Source: Patescibacteria group bacterium (GTDB lineage: Bacteria > Patescibacteriota > Microgenomatia > CAYGWK01). Taken from it: 64,000 nt of DNA. Where the stretch lies: NCBI GenBank assembly GCA_049322615.1, contig JBMORX010000010.1:25416-89415 (forward strand). The letters run 5' to 3'. The notes beneath the pieces are model-generated. The model made no database searches and was not told the origin of the DNA. It saw nothing but the letters and a program-made list of their open reading frames with translations. The position numbers and the translations under genes are program-made. This document shows positions 28,723-38,354 of this stretch, piece after piece; the stretch's first letter is position 1; every line of letters starts with the position of its first letter.

Positions 28723-28751
28723 TTGCCAAAAATCAAGTTTTTTAGTAAAAT
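28723..28751 (+). promoter_or_regulatory. Promoter TTGCCA-17-TAAAAT for the tRNA-Ile unit
   Basis: TTGCCA 28723-28728, 17-nt spacer, TAAAAT 28746-28751. The predicted start is just upstream of 28764. Confidence 0.5.
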
Positions 28752-28763
28752 ATTTTTAAGATT

Positions 28764-28805
28764 GGGCGATTAGCTCAGTTGGTTAGAGCAGCCCGCCAAA
28801 ATTTT
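28764..28805 (+). other. tRNA 5'-half-like leader (acceptor, D-arm, anticodon-stem strand) without a matching 3' half
   Basis: GGGCGATTAGCTCAGTTGGTTAGAGCAGCCCGCCAAAATTTT. Shares TAGAGCAGCCCGCCAAAA with the scaffold at 31291. Confidence 0.6.
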
Positions 28806-28877
28806 GGGTCGGTAGTTCACCGGTAGAACGCTTACCTGATAAGTAAGAAGTAGATGGTTCGACTCCATCCCGACCCA
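28806..28877 (+). tRNA. tRNA-Ile(GAU)
   Basis: GGGTCGG/CCGACCC acceptor, loop CTGATAA, T-arm GATGG-TTCGACT-CCATC. Confidence 0.85.
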
Positions 28878-28931
28878 CAGTTTTGAAGAAGAAGGCGAAT
28901 CGGGAAGGGCGCTCCGCTCCAAATTAGCCTC

Positions 28932-28960
28932 TTGACAAAAAATCGCACGTGCGATAATTT
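28932..28960 (+). promoter_or_regulatory. Promoter TTGACA-17-TAATTT with palindromic spacer
   Basis: TTGACA 28932-28937. The spacer contains tcgcacgtgcga. TAATTT at 28955-28960. Confidence 0.5.
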
Positions 28961-29208
28961 GTCAATAAATTAGCCTCAAAATTTAAAAGAAAAACCCAAA
29001 AATTCTAAAGAACAATGTTTAAAACTTTAAAGGCGCAACCGGTGGAGTCAACAAGAAATTGCTTTCCGTTGCCCGATTGCGCCATCAAAAAAAGCAATCT
29101 CCAAAATGTTGACTCCAATAACAATATACCAAAACTAAGAATAGAAAAACAAGTGGATTTCGGTACTTGAATTTTGAAAATATGATATACTTTTACTTGG
29201 AGGTAAAA

Positions 29209-29982
29209 ATGGAAAATCAAATAAGCATAGGTGATCAAAATAGCCAGCAAATTGGCCAAAATTCGATAAATCCACTTATCAGCAACAAACAGGACACAAA
29301 GCCCGTTTGGCAATCCGACGCCTTTATCATATTGACTCTATTATTATTTTGGCCAGTGGGCTTGTTTCTGATGTGGAAATATGGACCGTGGAGGAAGTTG
29401 GTAAAGTGGTTACTTACCGTATTTTTTACACTAGCGTGGTGGCCGGTCATTTTAATATTTTTGTTTATAGTTTTTCTCAAGGGGGTTGGAGTGGCCAATA
29501 AGGCTTATTACTCTCTGCCGATGGTAAAGAAAAACACTGATATTTTTTCTTGCAGTGCTGTTACCCAACCATGGGGCAAGTGTAAAAATACGGAAGTTGG
29601 TTTTTCATTCGAATATCCGGCTGACTGGTACTATAAAGTTGTAAATCCGCCAAAGGATATAGTATTTAGTGATAAGCAAGAAAAATTAGAAGAAGCTTAT
29701 ATTATTTCTCTTTACCATGATTTCTACGACACCGAAGAAAGAGCTAAAAGAAAAGAGGATGTAAACGATAAAGAACTAGTTGTAAATGGTTTATGGGCTA
29801 CTAGACATGATGTACGATCTAGTGGAATTTATGCTTCACGCGTAAAAATATTATATAATCGTACACTTTACACATTCCAAATAATGCTAACTCCCGGATT
29901 GGGAGGGAGGCAATATTCTGAAACAGAGCTGAAGAATTTTGACTCTATATTTGATCATATGTGGAACAGTTTTCAAATCTAG
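29209..29982 (+). CDS. Membrane protein, unknown function
   Basis: ATG 29209 after ggaggt. Two TM helices, then a soluble domain. Confidence 0.55.
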   Translation: MENQISIGDQNSQQIGQNSINPLISNKQDTKPVWQSDAFIILTLLLFWPVGLFLMWKYGPWRKLVKWLLTVFFTLAWWPVILIFLFIVFLKGVGVANKAYYSLPMVKKNTDIFSCSAVTQPWGKCKNTEVGFSFEYPADWYYKVVNPPKDIVFSDKQEKLEEAYIISLYHDFYDTEERAKRKEDVNDKELVVNGLWATRHDVRSSGIYASRVKILYNRTLYTFQIMLTPGLGGRQYSETELKNFDSIFDHMWNSFQI

Positions 29983-29991
29983 AAGTAATTT

Positions 29992-30210
29992 ATGAATGAC
30001 GATACACTGAAGAGCAAAGAAAAGATCATAGTTTGGATTGCAAATTTAATAAATCCTTTGATTGCCGGGTTTTTATTTTATTACTCGTGGAGGAAAAGAT
30101 TTCCAAATAAAGCAAAACAGGCAAATACAATTTCTTTTCTAGCTCTTGGGATTGACTTTATTATTTATATTTTGCTAACTAACTGGTTTAAACTAGGGAG
30201 AACGTTTTAA
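29992..30210 (+). CDS. Small two-TM membrane protein
   Basis: 72 aa, followed by the hairpin tgctcggcggagccgagca. Confidence 0.45.
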   Translation: MNDDTLKSKEKIIVWIANLINPLIAGFLFYYSWRKRFPNKAKQANTISFLALGIDFIIYILLTNWFKLGRTF

Positions 30211-30413
30211 ATTTGCTCGGCGGAGCCGAGCAAAAATCGCGCGCGCGAAACATAAGCGAGGCCGAAGGCCGAGCCCTTCGACTGCGCTCAGGGTAAACTC
30301 CAAGATGGCGCGGCGAGTGGGCGGCGGCACTCGCGGCGCTACCCTTGAAATAAAGTCCGAATTTTTTCGTAAAGAGTCCACCGTTTCCCAAACTGCCCAA
30401 AGAGCAGTTTTTT

Positions 30414-30866
30414 ATGCGAGAAAGAGAAGACCTTAGTCAGCAAATAAGAGAAATAAAAAAAAGAGCCTTGCTCGTTCTTCAGGGGGAAAGGCGAGAGGTA
30501 ATTCTTTGGTCTTTTGGAGCACCTTTGCCCAAAGAGGTGGAAGAAGCAATTTTAGAGTTTGAAAGAGAGTATGAGGATCCTAGAAGAAATATTTTTTCCT
30601 CCGCCAGAGAAGAAGTTTATTCTGGTTTGCGAATTTGGGTTCAAACAAAAGACTATCCTCTAAAAGGTCTGTCTTCCCATCGGGATGCTGAAATTATCTT
30701 AAGACAAAAAGTTCGGAATTTTCCGGCTAGACCGCCCCATATTCCCCACCTTCCTTCCATGCCCCATCGATTTTCTCATCAAGAGGAATGGAGAGTAATT
30801 AATTTTAGTTGGCAGAGAATACTTGAACGAATTCGAGAAAAGTTGGCTTCGTTCCTTCGGGCTTAA
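30414..30866 (+). CDS. Hypothetical protein
   Basis: 150-aa ORF. No motif. Confidence 0.4.
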   Translation: MREREDLSQQIREIKKRALLVLQGERREVILWSFGAPLPKEVEEAILEFEREYEDPRRNIFSSAREEVYSGLRIWVQTKDYPLKGLSSHRDAEIILRQKVRNFPARPPHIPHLPSMPHRFSHQEEWRVINFSWQRILERIREKLASFLRA

Positions 30867-30932
30867 CCCTGTACAACACTTACCTGCTCCCGAATACTTC
30901 GTGTTCGCGTCGCAAGGGCGTGTATGCGGGGC

Positions 30933-30961
30933 TTGACAAGACAAAATGCCTTTGTTATAAT
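30933..30961 (+). promoter_or_regulatory. Perfect consensus promoter TTGACA-17-TATAAT, likely for the tRNA-Ala/23S/5S unit
   Basis: TTGACA 30933-30938, 17-nt spacer, TATAAT 30956-30961. Confidence 0.7.
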
Positions 30962-31105
30962 GCTTTTTAGTTAGGAGTCAGTCCTAAGTTTAATTCATGA
31001 GAAGCCTAAGAAATTTAATAAGTCGTTTAAGACAGTTTTTGCGTGGGAAATAGTTTGGGCTTTTCAAAGCACATTAAGCTGGCTCCGATAAGGAGCCATT
31101 TTGTT

Positions 31106-31244
31106 TCGGAGTAATCAGAAGACTCGGAAAACTCGGAGAATCAGGCGGTCAGATTGTCAGAAATTCTGATTATCAGATTTCTCTGATCTTTCCGACGCAC
31201 TGAGTTTTCTGATTCTCTGAAACGAGGGCCCGTAGTTCAACTGG
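31106..31244 (+). repeat. Word hairpin copy 2 plus duplicated tRNA-Lys 5' fragment
   Basis: Shares actcggaaaactcggag, ctgattatcagattt and ctgagttttctgat with 21625-21743. Followed by gggcccgtagttcaactgg (compare the tRNA-Lys start gggcccgtagctcaatgg). Confidence 0.7.
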
Positions 31245-31290
31245 CCCCGTAAATCCGCCTTCGGCGGTAACGGGGTAAACAGAACATTTT

Positions 31291-31455
31291 GGGCCGTTAG
31301 CTCAACTGGCTAGAGCAGCCCGCCAAAAATTGTGAGAAGGGCCTATGGCGTAACGGTAGCGCATTTCGTTTGCAACGAAAAGGTTGGGAGTTCGATTCTC
31401 CCTAGGTCCACACAATTTAGGCGGGAGGTAGAGGGTTCGAATCCCTCACGGTCCA
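31291..31455 (+). other. tRNA-like scaffold (G3:U70, D- and T-arms, no anticodon loop) enclosing tRNA-Ala
   Basis: GGGCCGT/ACGGTCC acceptor and T-arm GAGGG-TTCGAAT-CCCTC. CCCGCC (31319-24) pairs with GGCGGG (31420-25), and AAATTGTG (31327-34) pairs with CACAATTT (31411-18). Confidence 0.6.
31339..31410 (+). tRNA. tRNA-Ala(UGC)
   Basis: GGGCCTA/TAGGTCC acceptor with G3:U70, loop TTTGCAA, T-arm GGGAG-TTCGATT-CTCCC. Confidence 0.85.
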
Positions 31456-31847
31456 CTAGCACCTTAACAATTGAAGAGAACCGCATTTATTCTAATTCAT
31501 GGCCTAATTTTTATTAAAGCAAATGGTGGATGCCTTGGTGGCAAGAGCCGAGGAAGGACGCGGCAGGTGGCGATACTCGTCGGGGAGAAACCTAGCATTC
31601 TTTGATCCGGCGGTTTCCGAATGGGGCAACCCGGCGCAGTGAAAACTGCGTCAAGCGCTGTTTCACTGCGATATTAAATAGTAAATAGTAAAAATCAAAA
31701 ATACATATTAAAATTCAAAAAGATTTTTCTCTTTAAAATTTTACTATCTATATTTACTATTTAATTTTTAATATTTGATATCGCTGCGAAGCAGCGTTGG
31801 GGAACCACCCGAACTGAAACATCTAAGTAGGGTGAGGAAAAGATAGA

Positions 31848-32030
31848 GCTTGTGCTTCGCACAAGTTTCCGAATGAATCCGAATGCTTTTCATTGGTCTA
31901 AAATCTATTCGGATAAATTCGGATGAAGAACTTGACTTGAAAGTTAGTTTCAACATCCGAATAAATCCGAATAAACAAAATCAAGAAAGCGTATTAGGAC
32001 TAAATTCGGATACTCGCGCGAAGCGCGAGC
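31848..32030 (+). repeat. ~184-nt multi-hairpin insertion element, 23S copy
   Basis: Colinear with 24161..24344. Long identical runs: gcttgtgcttcgcacaagtttccgaat, attcggataaattcggatgaagaacttgac, caacatccgaataaatcc. Confidence 0.85.
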
Positions 32031-33116
32031 AGATTCCGCAAGTAGCGGTGAGCGAAAGCGGAAAAGCCTAAACTCGTGCGGAGCACGAGTTCGCTGAACT
32101 ACGCTGATTCATACGCTGAACTACGCTGAAACCTAATTTTCTTCTGCGTTAATCCGCGTCTTGATCTGCGTTTATCGGCGATCTCATGCTTCGCATGAGA
32201 GTTGGAGGACTCCAACGTGGGAGTGTCGAGGGTAGTCGAAGGACATGGAATTGTCCACCAGAGAAAGTGAAAGTCTTGTAGACGAAACCTGAAACACCCC
32301 TAGGAGCACCTAAGTACCATGGGGCAAATACCCTGTGAGAATCTGGCCGAACCATCGGCTAAGGCTAAATACTCTTGCTGACCGATAGTGTACCAGTACC
32401 GTGAGGGAAAGGTGAAAAGAAGGGTTTAAAACCTAGTGAAATAGAACCTGAAACCGTTTGCTTTCAAACAGATAGAGGCCCGGGAGTGAATTCTGTTTAC
32501 AATCTTCAGCGATTTTCAGCGTTTTGTTCAGCGTCAATCAGCGCTAATCGCTGATAAACGCGGATAACTACGCGGATTAACGCTGAAATAATTGTAGATA
32601 GTACTCACTTCCGAGCTAATATCGTGCCTATTGAAGAATGAACCGGCGAGTAACTATGTGTTGCGTTTTGGTTAATCCCATTTAAATGGGAGAAGCCGTA
32701 GCGAAAGCGAGTCTTAATAGGGCGTTAAGTAGCACATAATTGACCCGAAACCGGGCGAGCTAACCATGGGCAGGGTGAACCCGCCTAAATCGGCGAGGGG
32801 AGGCCCGAACCCGTTGCTGTTGCAATAGCATGGGATGACCGGTGGTTAGAGGTAATATGCCAAACGAGCCCGGAGATAGCTGGTTCTCCCCGAAATATAT
32901 ATAGGTATAGCCTTAATTTTAACTCCTCCTGAGGTAGAGCACTGGATGGTCTCGGCAGCGCAAGCTGTCGTGATCAACCAAACTCCGAATTCGGGGGCGA
33001 GAAATTGAGGAGTCAGAACGACCGGGCTAAGCTGGTCGCTCGAGAGGGAAACAACCCAGACTTTCGTCTAAGGTCTCAAAACTTTGGCTTAAGTGGAAAA
33101 GGAAGTATTTACCCTA

Positions 33117-33153
<37 letters not shown>

Positions 33154-34122
33154 AAAAGAAAGCGTAACAGCTCACTGGAAGACCCGTCTCGACTCAGTCG
33201 AGCCGAGGCGGATTGGGTGGGTGCGCCGAAAATTTACCGAGGCTAAAAGCCAATACCGAAGACAAAGGTTTCGTGCAGAGCACTGCTCTGCGCGAGGCAG
33301 TAGGGGAGCGTCCCGATAGCAGTGAAGTCCTTCCGCAAGGTCAGGATGGAGCTGTCGGGAGTGAGAATGCCGGTATGAGTAGCGAAAGTCCGATAAGAAT
33401 TCGGACCGCCGAAAACCCGAGGTTTCCCCCGCAATGTTCGTCAGCGGGGGGTTAGTCGGTCCTAAGCCAAGTCCCCGATTTAATCGGGGAGTAGGCGATG
33501 GAGGAGCCGTTTATATTCGGCTACAGGAAAGAAATCATTTTTAGTCGGGGATTGACAGAAATGGAAGAGCCAAGTCTCGAAATGACACGGGATTTAAGTT
33601 ATAAGGCAGTTCCGATAGGAAAATCCATCGGAACGTTTTAACCGAGTAACAAATAAGAGTCCAACCCGCAAGGGAAGGGCAATTTGGTAAGCTTTCAATT
33701 CTTGAAAAAAGATTCGCGACGAACCCGAATAGTCTTACCATTCGCCTTAGTACATTTGTACTGCGGCTTATGGAGCGACTTAACGGGTCTAGGATTTCTT
33801 TTTTACCGTACCGCAAACCGACACAGGTGGGTTGGACCAGAAGTCTAAGGCGAGCGGGAGAAGGAAGTTTGAGGAACTCGGCAAAAAATCTGGGCGTAAG
33901 CTATGCAAGATGCCCTCCCCCACACCAAATTTTGGTGTGGGGGTGCAACAAAAGATTGTTTGGCGACTGTTTAACTAAAACACAGGCCTCTGCAAAGGGT
34001 AATACCCAAGGTATAGGGGCTGAAGCCTGCCCAGTGCCGGAAGGTTATGGGGACTTGTCCTTCGGACATTTGCCCGGAGGGCGAGAAACTTAAGCCCCGG
34101 TGAACGGCAGCAGTAACTATAA

Positions 34123-34539
34123 ACGAAAGTATTGTAGTTATAAAACTTGGCTATATGCTGGAAAGTCCGTCCTGAAAAAAGAATAGCATGCAGTGGTACC
34201 CTTGATACCGTGATGTTGTACTATTGTAATAGTACAGTGAAACAAAAGGCGATATAAAGGGTAAAAATCCACCTGCTGCGGACAATCAGCAGGAAAGACC
34301 AAGAAATATCAAATATAAAATATCAAAAAGTAAATATACAGATTAAAAATAAAATATTTTAATTTTGCTTTGTATTTTTGATATTTAATCTTTAATTTTT
34401 GATTTTCTTCGGAATCCTCAGAGACTATACGCCAAGGTCGCCGAATTGGCGACATGAGATAGTCCGACCTCCCAAGAGATTGGGAGAGCCGTAAACAATC
34501 GGTCTTAGGGACGTCAAACGTCCCGAGTAACAAAGTGAA
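34123..34539 (+). other. ORF-less group I-like intron in the 23S helix 69-71 region (~E. coli 1917-1921)
   Basis: Splits gtaactataa | c.gttcgatggtagcgaag. Contains ggctatatgctggaaagtcc, cagagactatacgcc and gagatagtcc core-like strings, and itself carries an AT-rich word hairpin (about 34300-34400). Confidence 0.6.
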
Positions 34540-35137
34540 CTGTTCGATGGTAGCGAAGTCCCTCGTCGGGTAAGTTCCGACCCGCACGAAAGGCTAAACG
34601 ACCAAACAACTGTCTTGAACTTTCACCCGGCGAAATTGAAATGGCTGTGAAGATGCGGCCTACATGCTCTTGGACAAAAAGACCCCGTGGAGCTTTACTA
34701 TAGCTTGGCATTGGGTTGGGTTTTGAAATTGTCTAGCGTAGGAGGGAGCTTGTGCGTAGCACAAGCACGCGGATAAACGCTGATTTTGACGCCGATTGAC
34801 GCTGATTTTTTTTCAGCGTTCTTCAGCGTTTTATTCAGCGTAATTCAGCGTGCTCGCGCTGCGCGCGAGCATTAATGTAACACCTCTCTTTTCAAGACTT
34901 CAATTCTTACCTATGGGCTTTGCAAACAAGCTCGGGAAAAGTGTCAGGTGGGTAGTTTGACTGGGGAAGTCGCTTGCTAAAAGGTAACGCGAGCGCACAA
35001 AGGTCGGCTTAGTCCGGATGGAAATCGGACCGAACGTGCAAAGGCGAAAGCCGGCTTGACAGTGAGACCGACAGGTCGAACTGGTGCGAAAGCAGGTCTT
35101 AGTGATCCCCCGCCTGTTCGTGGGAACGGCGGGGCTT

Positions 35138-35174
<37 letters not shown>

Positions 35175-35218
35175 GGACCCGAGAGTCCATATCGACGGTC
35201 CGGTTTGGCACCTCGATA

Positions 35219-36128
35219 AACAAGAGTCGATTGTCGAGGTTAAACTCAGCTCATAACGGTGAAATCCTTATCATTTTAGAACCCAGCTTGAGAATGTTAA
35301 AATAAATGAGAGGACAATACCGTGGGAAGTTATTGGGAAAACAAAAACTTACAGAGACGATGGGTTCTTCTTAAGAAAGGCTTGCGATTGACACAAAAGC
35401 AGAGATCAGTGTTAATTGGTTCCTTACTTGGAGATGGAACATTGAGACGTGGCATAAGAGCAATCAATGTTAATTTTAAAGTTGAACACGGTTTGCGTCA
35501 GAAAGAATATGTTTTCTGGAAGTATCTGGTTTTCAGAAATTGGGTATTTACTGAACCTAAATTGAGTTACAGATATAGAGATAATGGGAAGAGATATTTA
35601 AAATCTTGGTGGTTTAGGACAGTTCGGCACCCTGTTTTAACCAAGTATTGGAAGCATTTTTACTCTGGCAGGAAAAAGATTATTCCAGATTTAATCGACA
35701 AACTGTTTGATTCATTGGTTTTGGCTGTTTGGGTCATGGATGACGGGTGTTATCAACACGGAAGAATTGATATTAGCACCTATGCTTTTACACTTAAAGA
35801 AATCCATCGTTTACAGGATGCATTAAGGACGGTGTTTGCTCTTGAATCTCACTATTTCAAGGATAGAGAAAAAGGTTATCGGATATATTTCTCTGTTTCG
35901 GAGACAAAGAAAGTTATAAATTTTATTCGTCCTTATATAATTCCTTCAATGCAGTATAAAATTGGTTTATCCCAACAACCCCGTAACGACTGATCCCTGA
36001 AGTATGCGCGCAAGTGCTTAATTTTGGGGTGAGATGGAAAGAATTCTTTCTTCCATCACACGCTGAGTCCTGGACTGTTTGGCCCAGGAAAGGTATAGTC
36101 TACACCATTAGTAATATTGGATTTTGTG
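35219..36128 (+). other. 23S intron with LAGLIDADG ORF in the peptidyl-transferase-centre region (after CACCUCGAU, ~E. coli 2500-2504)
   Basis: Exon ggcacctcgat ends at 35218 and gtcggctcatc resumes at 36129. Confidence 0.7.
35322..35993 (+). CDS. LAGLIDADG homing endonuclease (double-motif monomer)
   Basis: LIGSLLGDGTL and LAVWVMDDGCY motifs. 223 aa, GTG start. Confidence 0.8.
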   Translation: MGSYWENKNLQRRWVLLKKGLRLTQKQRSVLIGSLLGDGTLRRGIRAINVNFKVEHGLRQKEYVFWKYLVFRNWVFTEPKLSYRYRDNGKRYLKSWWFRTVRHPVLTKYWKHFYSGRKKIIPDLIDKLFDSLVLAVWVMDDGCYQHGRIDISTYAFTLKEIHRLQDALRTVFALESHYFKDREKGYRIYFSVSETKKVINFIRPYIIPSMQYKIGLSQQPRND

Positions 36129-36601
36129 GTCGGCTCATCGCATCCTCCCGCTGAAGTAGGCGGGAAGGGTTGGACTGTTCGTCCATTAAAGCGGTACGTG
36201 AGCTGGGTTCAGAACGTCGTAAGACAGTTCGGACTCTATCCAGAGCATGCGTTGATTTCTGAGGGGAGCTCTCCTTAGTACGAGAGGACTAGGAGGGAGG
36301 AATCCCTGGTGTGTCGGCTGTTCCGTCAGGAGCATCGTCGAGTAGCCACATTCCTAGTGGATAACCGCTGAAAGCATCTCAAGTGGGAAGCCCACCCCAA
36401 GATTAGAAATCGTTAAAGACCCGTCGAAGATGACGACGTTTCCCCCTTCGCTGCTTTGCAGCTTCGGGGGGACCCCGCGTAGCTCGCAAGAGCGAAGTGG
36501 GGGATAGGCTGGAGGTTAAAGGGCAGTAATGCCTTAAGCTTACCAGTACTAATCGGTCAAAAGAATTAGGCCATGAACTAGAATAAATGAAGAGGCGTAA
36601 A

Positions 36602-36974
36602 AGTTTTTGCGCTTAAGCCTTTCGGTCTCCGGAGCGGACTGGAGCCACTCCTTCCCATTCCGAACAGGATAGTGAAACAGTCCAGCGACCCGTAAAATTT
36701 GCGCAATTTAAGATTTCAAAGTATAATAAATATGCTTCGGTGATAAGAGCGCCGTCGAACTACTCCTTTCCATTCCGAACAGGATAGTAAAAGGCGGCAG
36801 CGGGGACGATAGTTAGACCTTGTGTTTAGCGAAAATACCTCATTGCCGAAGCTTTTTTATTGCGCAAATTAACGGGTCAGGGACGTTACGAAGCTTTACG
36901 TCCCGCTGACGATAGTTCCCCGTCTAACGGGGGCGAAAATAGGTCGAGGCCGGAGGACTTGAGCGCAAAAACTT
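36602..36974 (+). other. Outer 5S-like RNA interrupted by an insertion that carries a complete 5S gene
   Basis: Closing stem aagtttttgcgct (36602-14) / agcgcaaaaactt (36962-74). Contains the 5S core ccattccgaacaggatagtgaaac and gacgatagttcccc, split by 36691-36875. Confidence 0.6.
36734..36852 (+). rRNA. rrf: 5S rRNA (inner, uninterrupted copy)
   Basis: 119 nt. Helix I gcttcgg.../...ccgaagc. Core ccattccgaacaggatagtaaaag and gacgatagt. Confidence 0.8.
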
Positions 36975-37187
36975 ATCCCGTTGAACCGCGTGGTCACGCG
37001 GCATGGGACTTTGCGCGGCGCTTCAAAGACGTTATTCCGCTTACAGGGATATTGTTTTCCTCCCCCAAAAGGGGTAAAATTAAAAAAATCCTAAAAAGAA
37101 AGAAGGTTGAGATGGGTGGGAAAAACAAAAGTATCACAAGAAGCAAAAGTATCACGAGTATCACGGGCTAAAAAAGAACCCCAGACA

Positions 37188-38243
37188 ATGGCGGAACTCC
37201 TGGCATCCTCTTCTTATCAAATAAAAGGTTTGAAGCGTGGAGAAGAAAGAGAAGGGATTGTGACCGGGATTTCCTCAAAAGCAGTTTTTGTTGATATTGG
37301 TGCCAAAACCGAGGGACTGGTGGTTAACCGGGAGTTTGAAGCAGCGTGCGAATATATAAAAAATTTAAAAATTGGCGATAAAGTTTTAGTTTCCATAGTC
37401 TCTCCAGAAGACCATTTGGGTCAAATTCTTCTTTCCTTAAAAAGGGCGGCTTATACCTTGGCTTGGAAAAAATTTCTTGAGGCAGAGCATACCCAGGAAG
37501 AAGTCGAAGTTAAGGTATTAGAGGCAACCCCGGCTGGACTTTTAGTTGAAGCCTTTGGACTTTCAGGTTTTATTCCTCAATCACAAATCGGGAAAAGTTG
37601 CCAGGGGAAGGCAAAAGAGTTGATAGGTAAAAGACTTAAAGTAAAAGTCCTGGAGACAGACCAGCTTCAAAACCGCCTCGTCTTTTCCGAAAAGCAAGTG
37701 TCGGAGAAGGAAAAAATTGCCAAAGTAAAAAAATTTTTGGGAAAAGTGAAAATCGGACAAATTTTTGAAGGAGAAATAACTGGTTTTGTCCCTTTTGGAA
37801 TTTTTGTCCAAATAAAAGTTGACGGAGAAGAAATTGAAGGACTGGTTCATATTTCCGAAGTTTCTTGGGATAAGGTAGTTGACCCAACAGAACTTTTTAA
37901 GGAAGGAGAGAAAATCAAAGTTAAGGTGATTGGTAAGGACAAGGAGGGAGAAAGACTTTCTCTTTCACTTAAGCAAACAGTGCCTGATCCTTGGCAAGAG
38001 AAAGTTAAGAAATATCCGCCTGAGAGTATAATTTCCGGTAAAGTTTCTCGCCTTATTTCTTATGGAGCCTTTGTGGAGATAGAGGAGGGTTTAGAGGGAC
38101 TTTTACATATTTCAAAAATACCTCCGGAGACAAAAATTGATATTGGAGAGAAAATTACTTGTTTCGTTGAGAAAATTGAGCCTGAAAAAAGAAGACTTTC
38201 TTTGGGGTTGGTTTTAAAGGAAAAACCAGTAGGATATAAATAA
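37188..38243 (+). CDS. rpsA: 30S ribosomal protein S1 (four S1 domains)
   Basis: Repeated S1/OB motifs (G.V....s.gvFV.ig...eGlv, EGLVHISEVSWD, EGLLHISK). Start set to the ATG at 37188. Confidence 0.8.
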   Translation: MAELLASSSYQIKGLKRGEEREGIVTGISSKAVFVDIGAKTEGLVVNREFEAACEYIKNLKIGDKVLVSIVSPEDHLGQILLSLKRAAYTLAWKKFLEAEHTQEEVEVKVLEATPAGLLVEAFGLSGFIPQSQIGKSCQGKAKELIGKRLKVKVLETDQLQNRLVFSEKQVSEKEKIAKVKKFLGKVKIGQIFEGEITGFVPFGIFVQIKVDGEEIEGLVHISEVSWDKVVDPTELFKEGEKIKVKVIGKDKEGERLSLSLKQTVPDPWQEKVKKYPPESIISGKVSRLISYGAFVEIEEGLEGLLHISKIPPETKIDIGEKITCFVEKIEPEKRRLSLGLVLKEKPVGYK

Positions 38244-38354
38244 ATAAGTACCAATGTCAAATAAATACCAATAAATACAAATGACCAATAAAAAAATTGT
38301 GAATTTGACATTTGAAATTGGTATTATTTGAAATTACGAGGAGGAGCAAGCATT

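Noticed and set aside
31226-31290. gggcccgtagttcaactgg plus the hairpin ccccgtaaatccgccttcggcggtaacgggg, considered as a tRNA with a D-loop insertion.
   Set aside because: No matching anticodon arm, T-arm or acceptor 3' strand could be drawn. It is better explained as a duplicated tRNA-Lys 5' fragment carried along with the upstream word hairpin.
36860-37171. 103-aa ORF downstream of 5S.
   Set aside because: It overlaps the outer 5S-like 3' half and its hairpins, and the Arg/Gly/Ser-rich translation looks non-coding.
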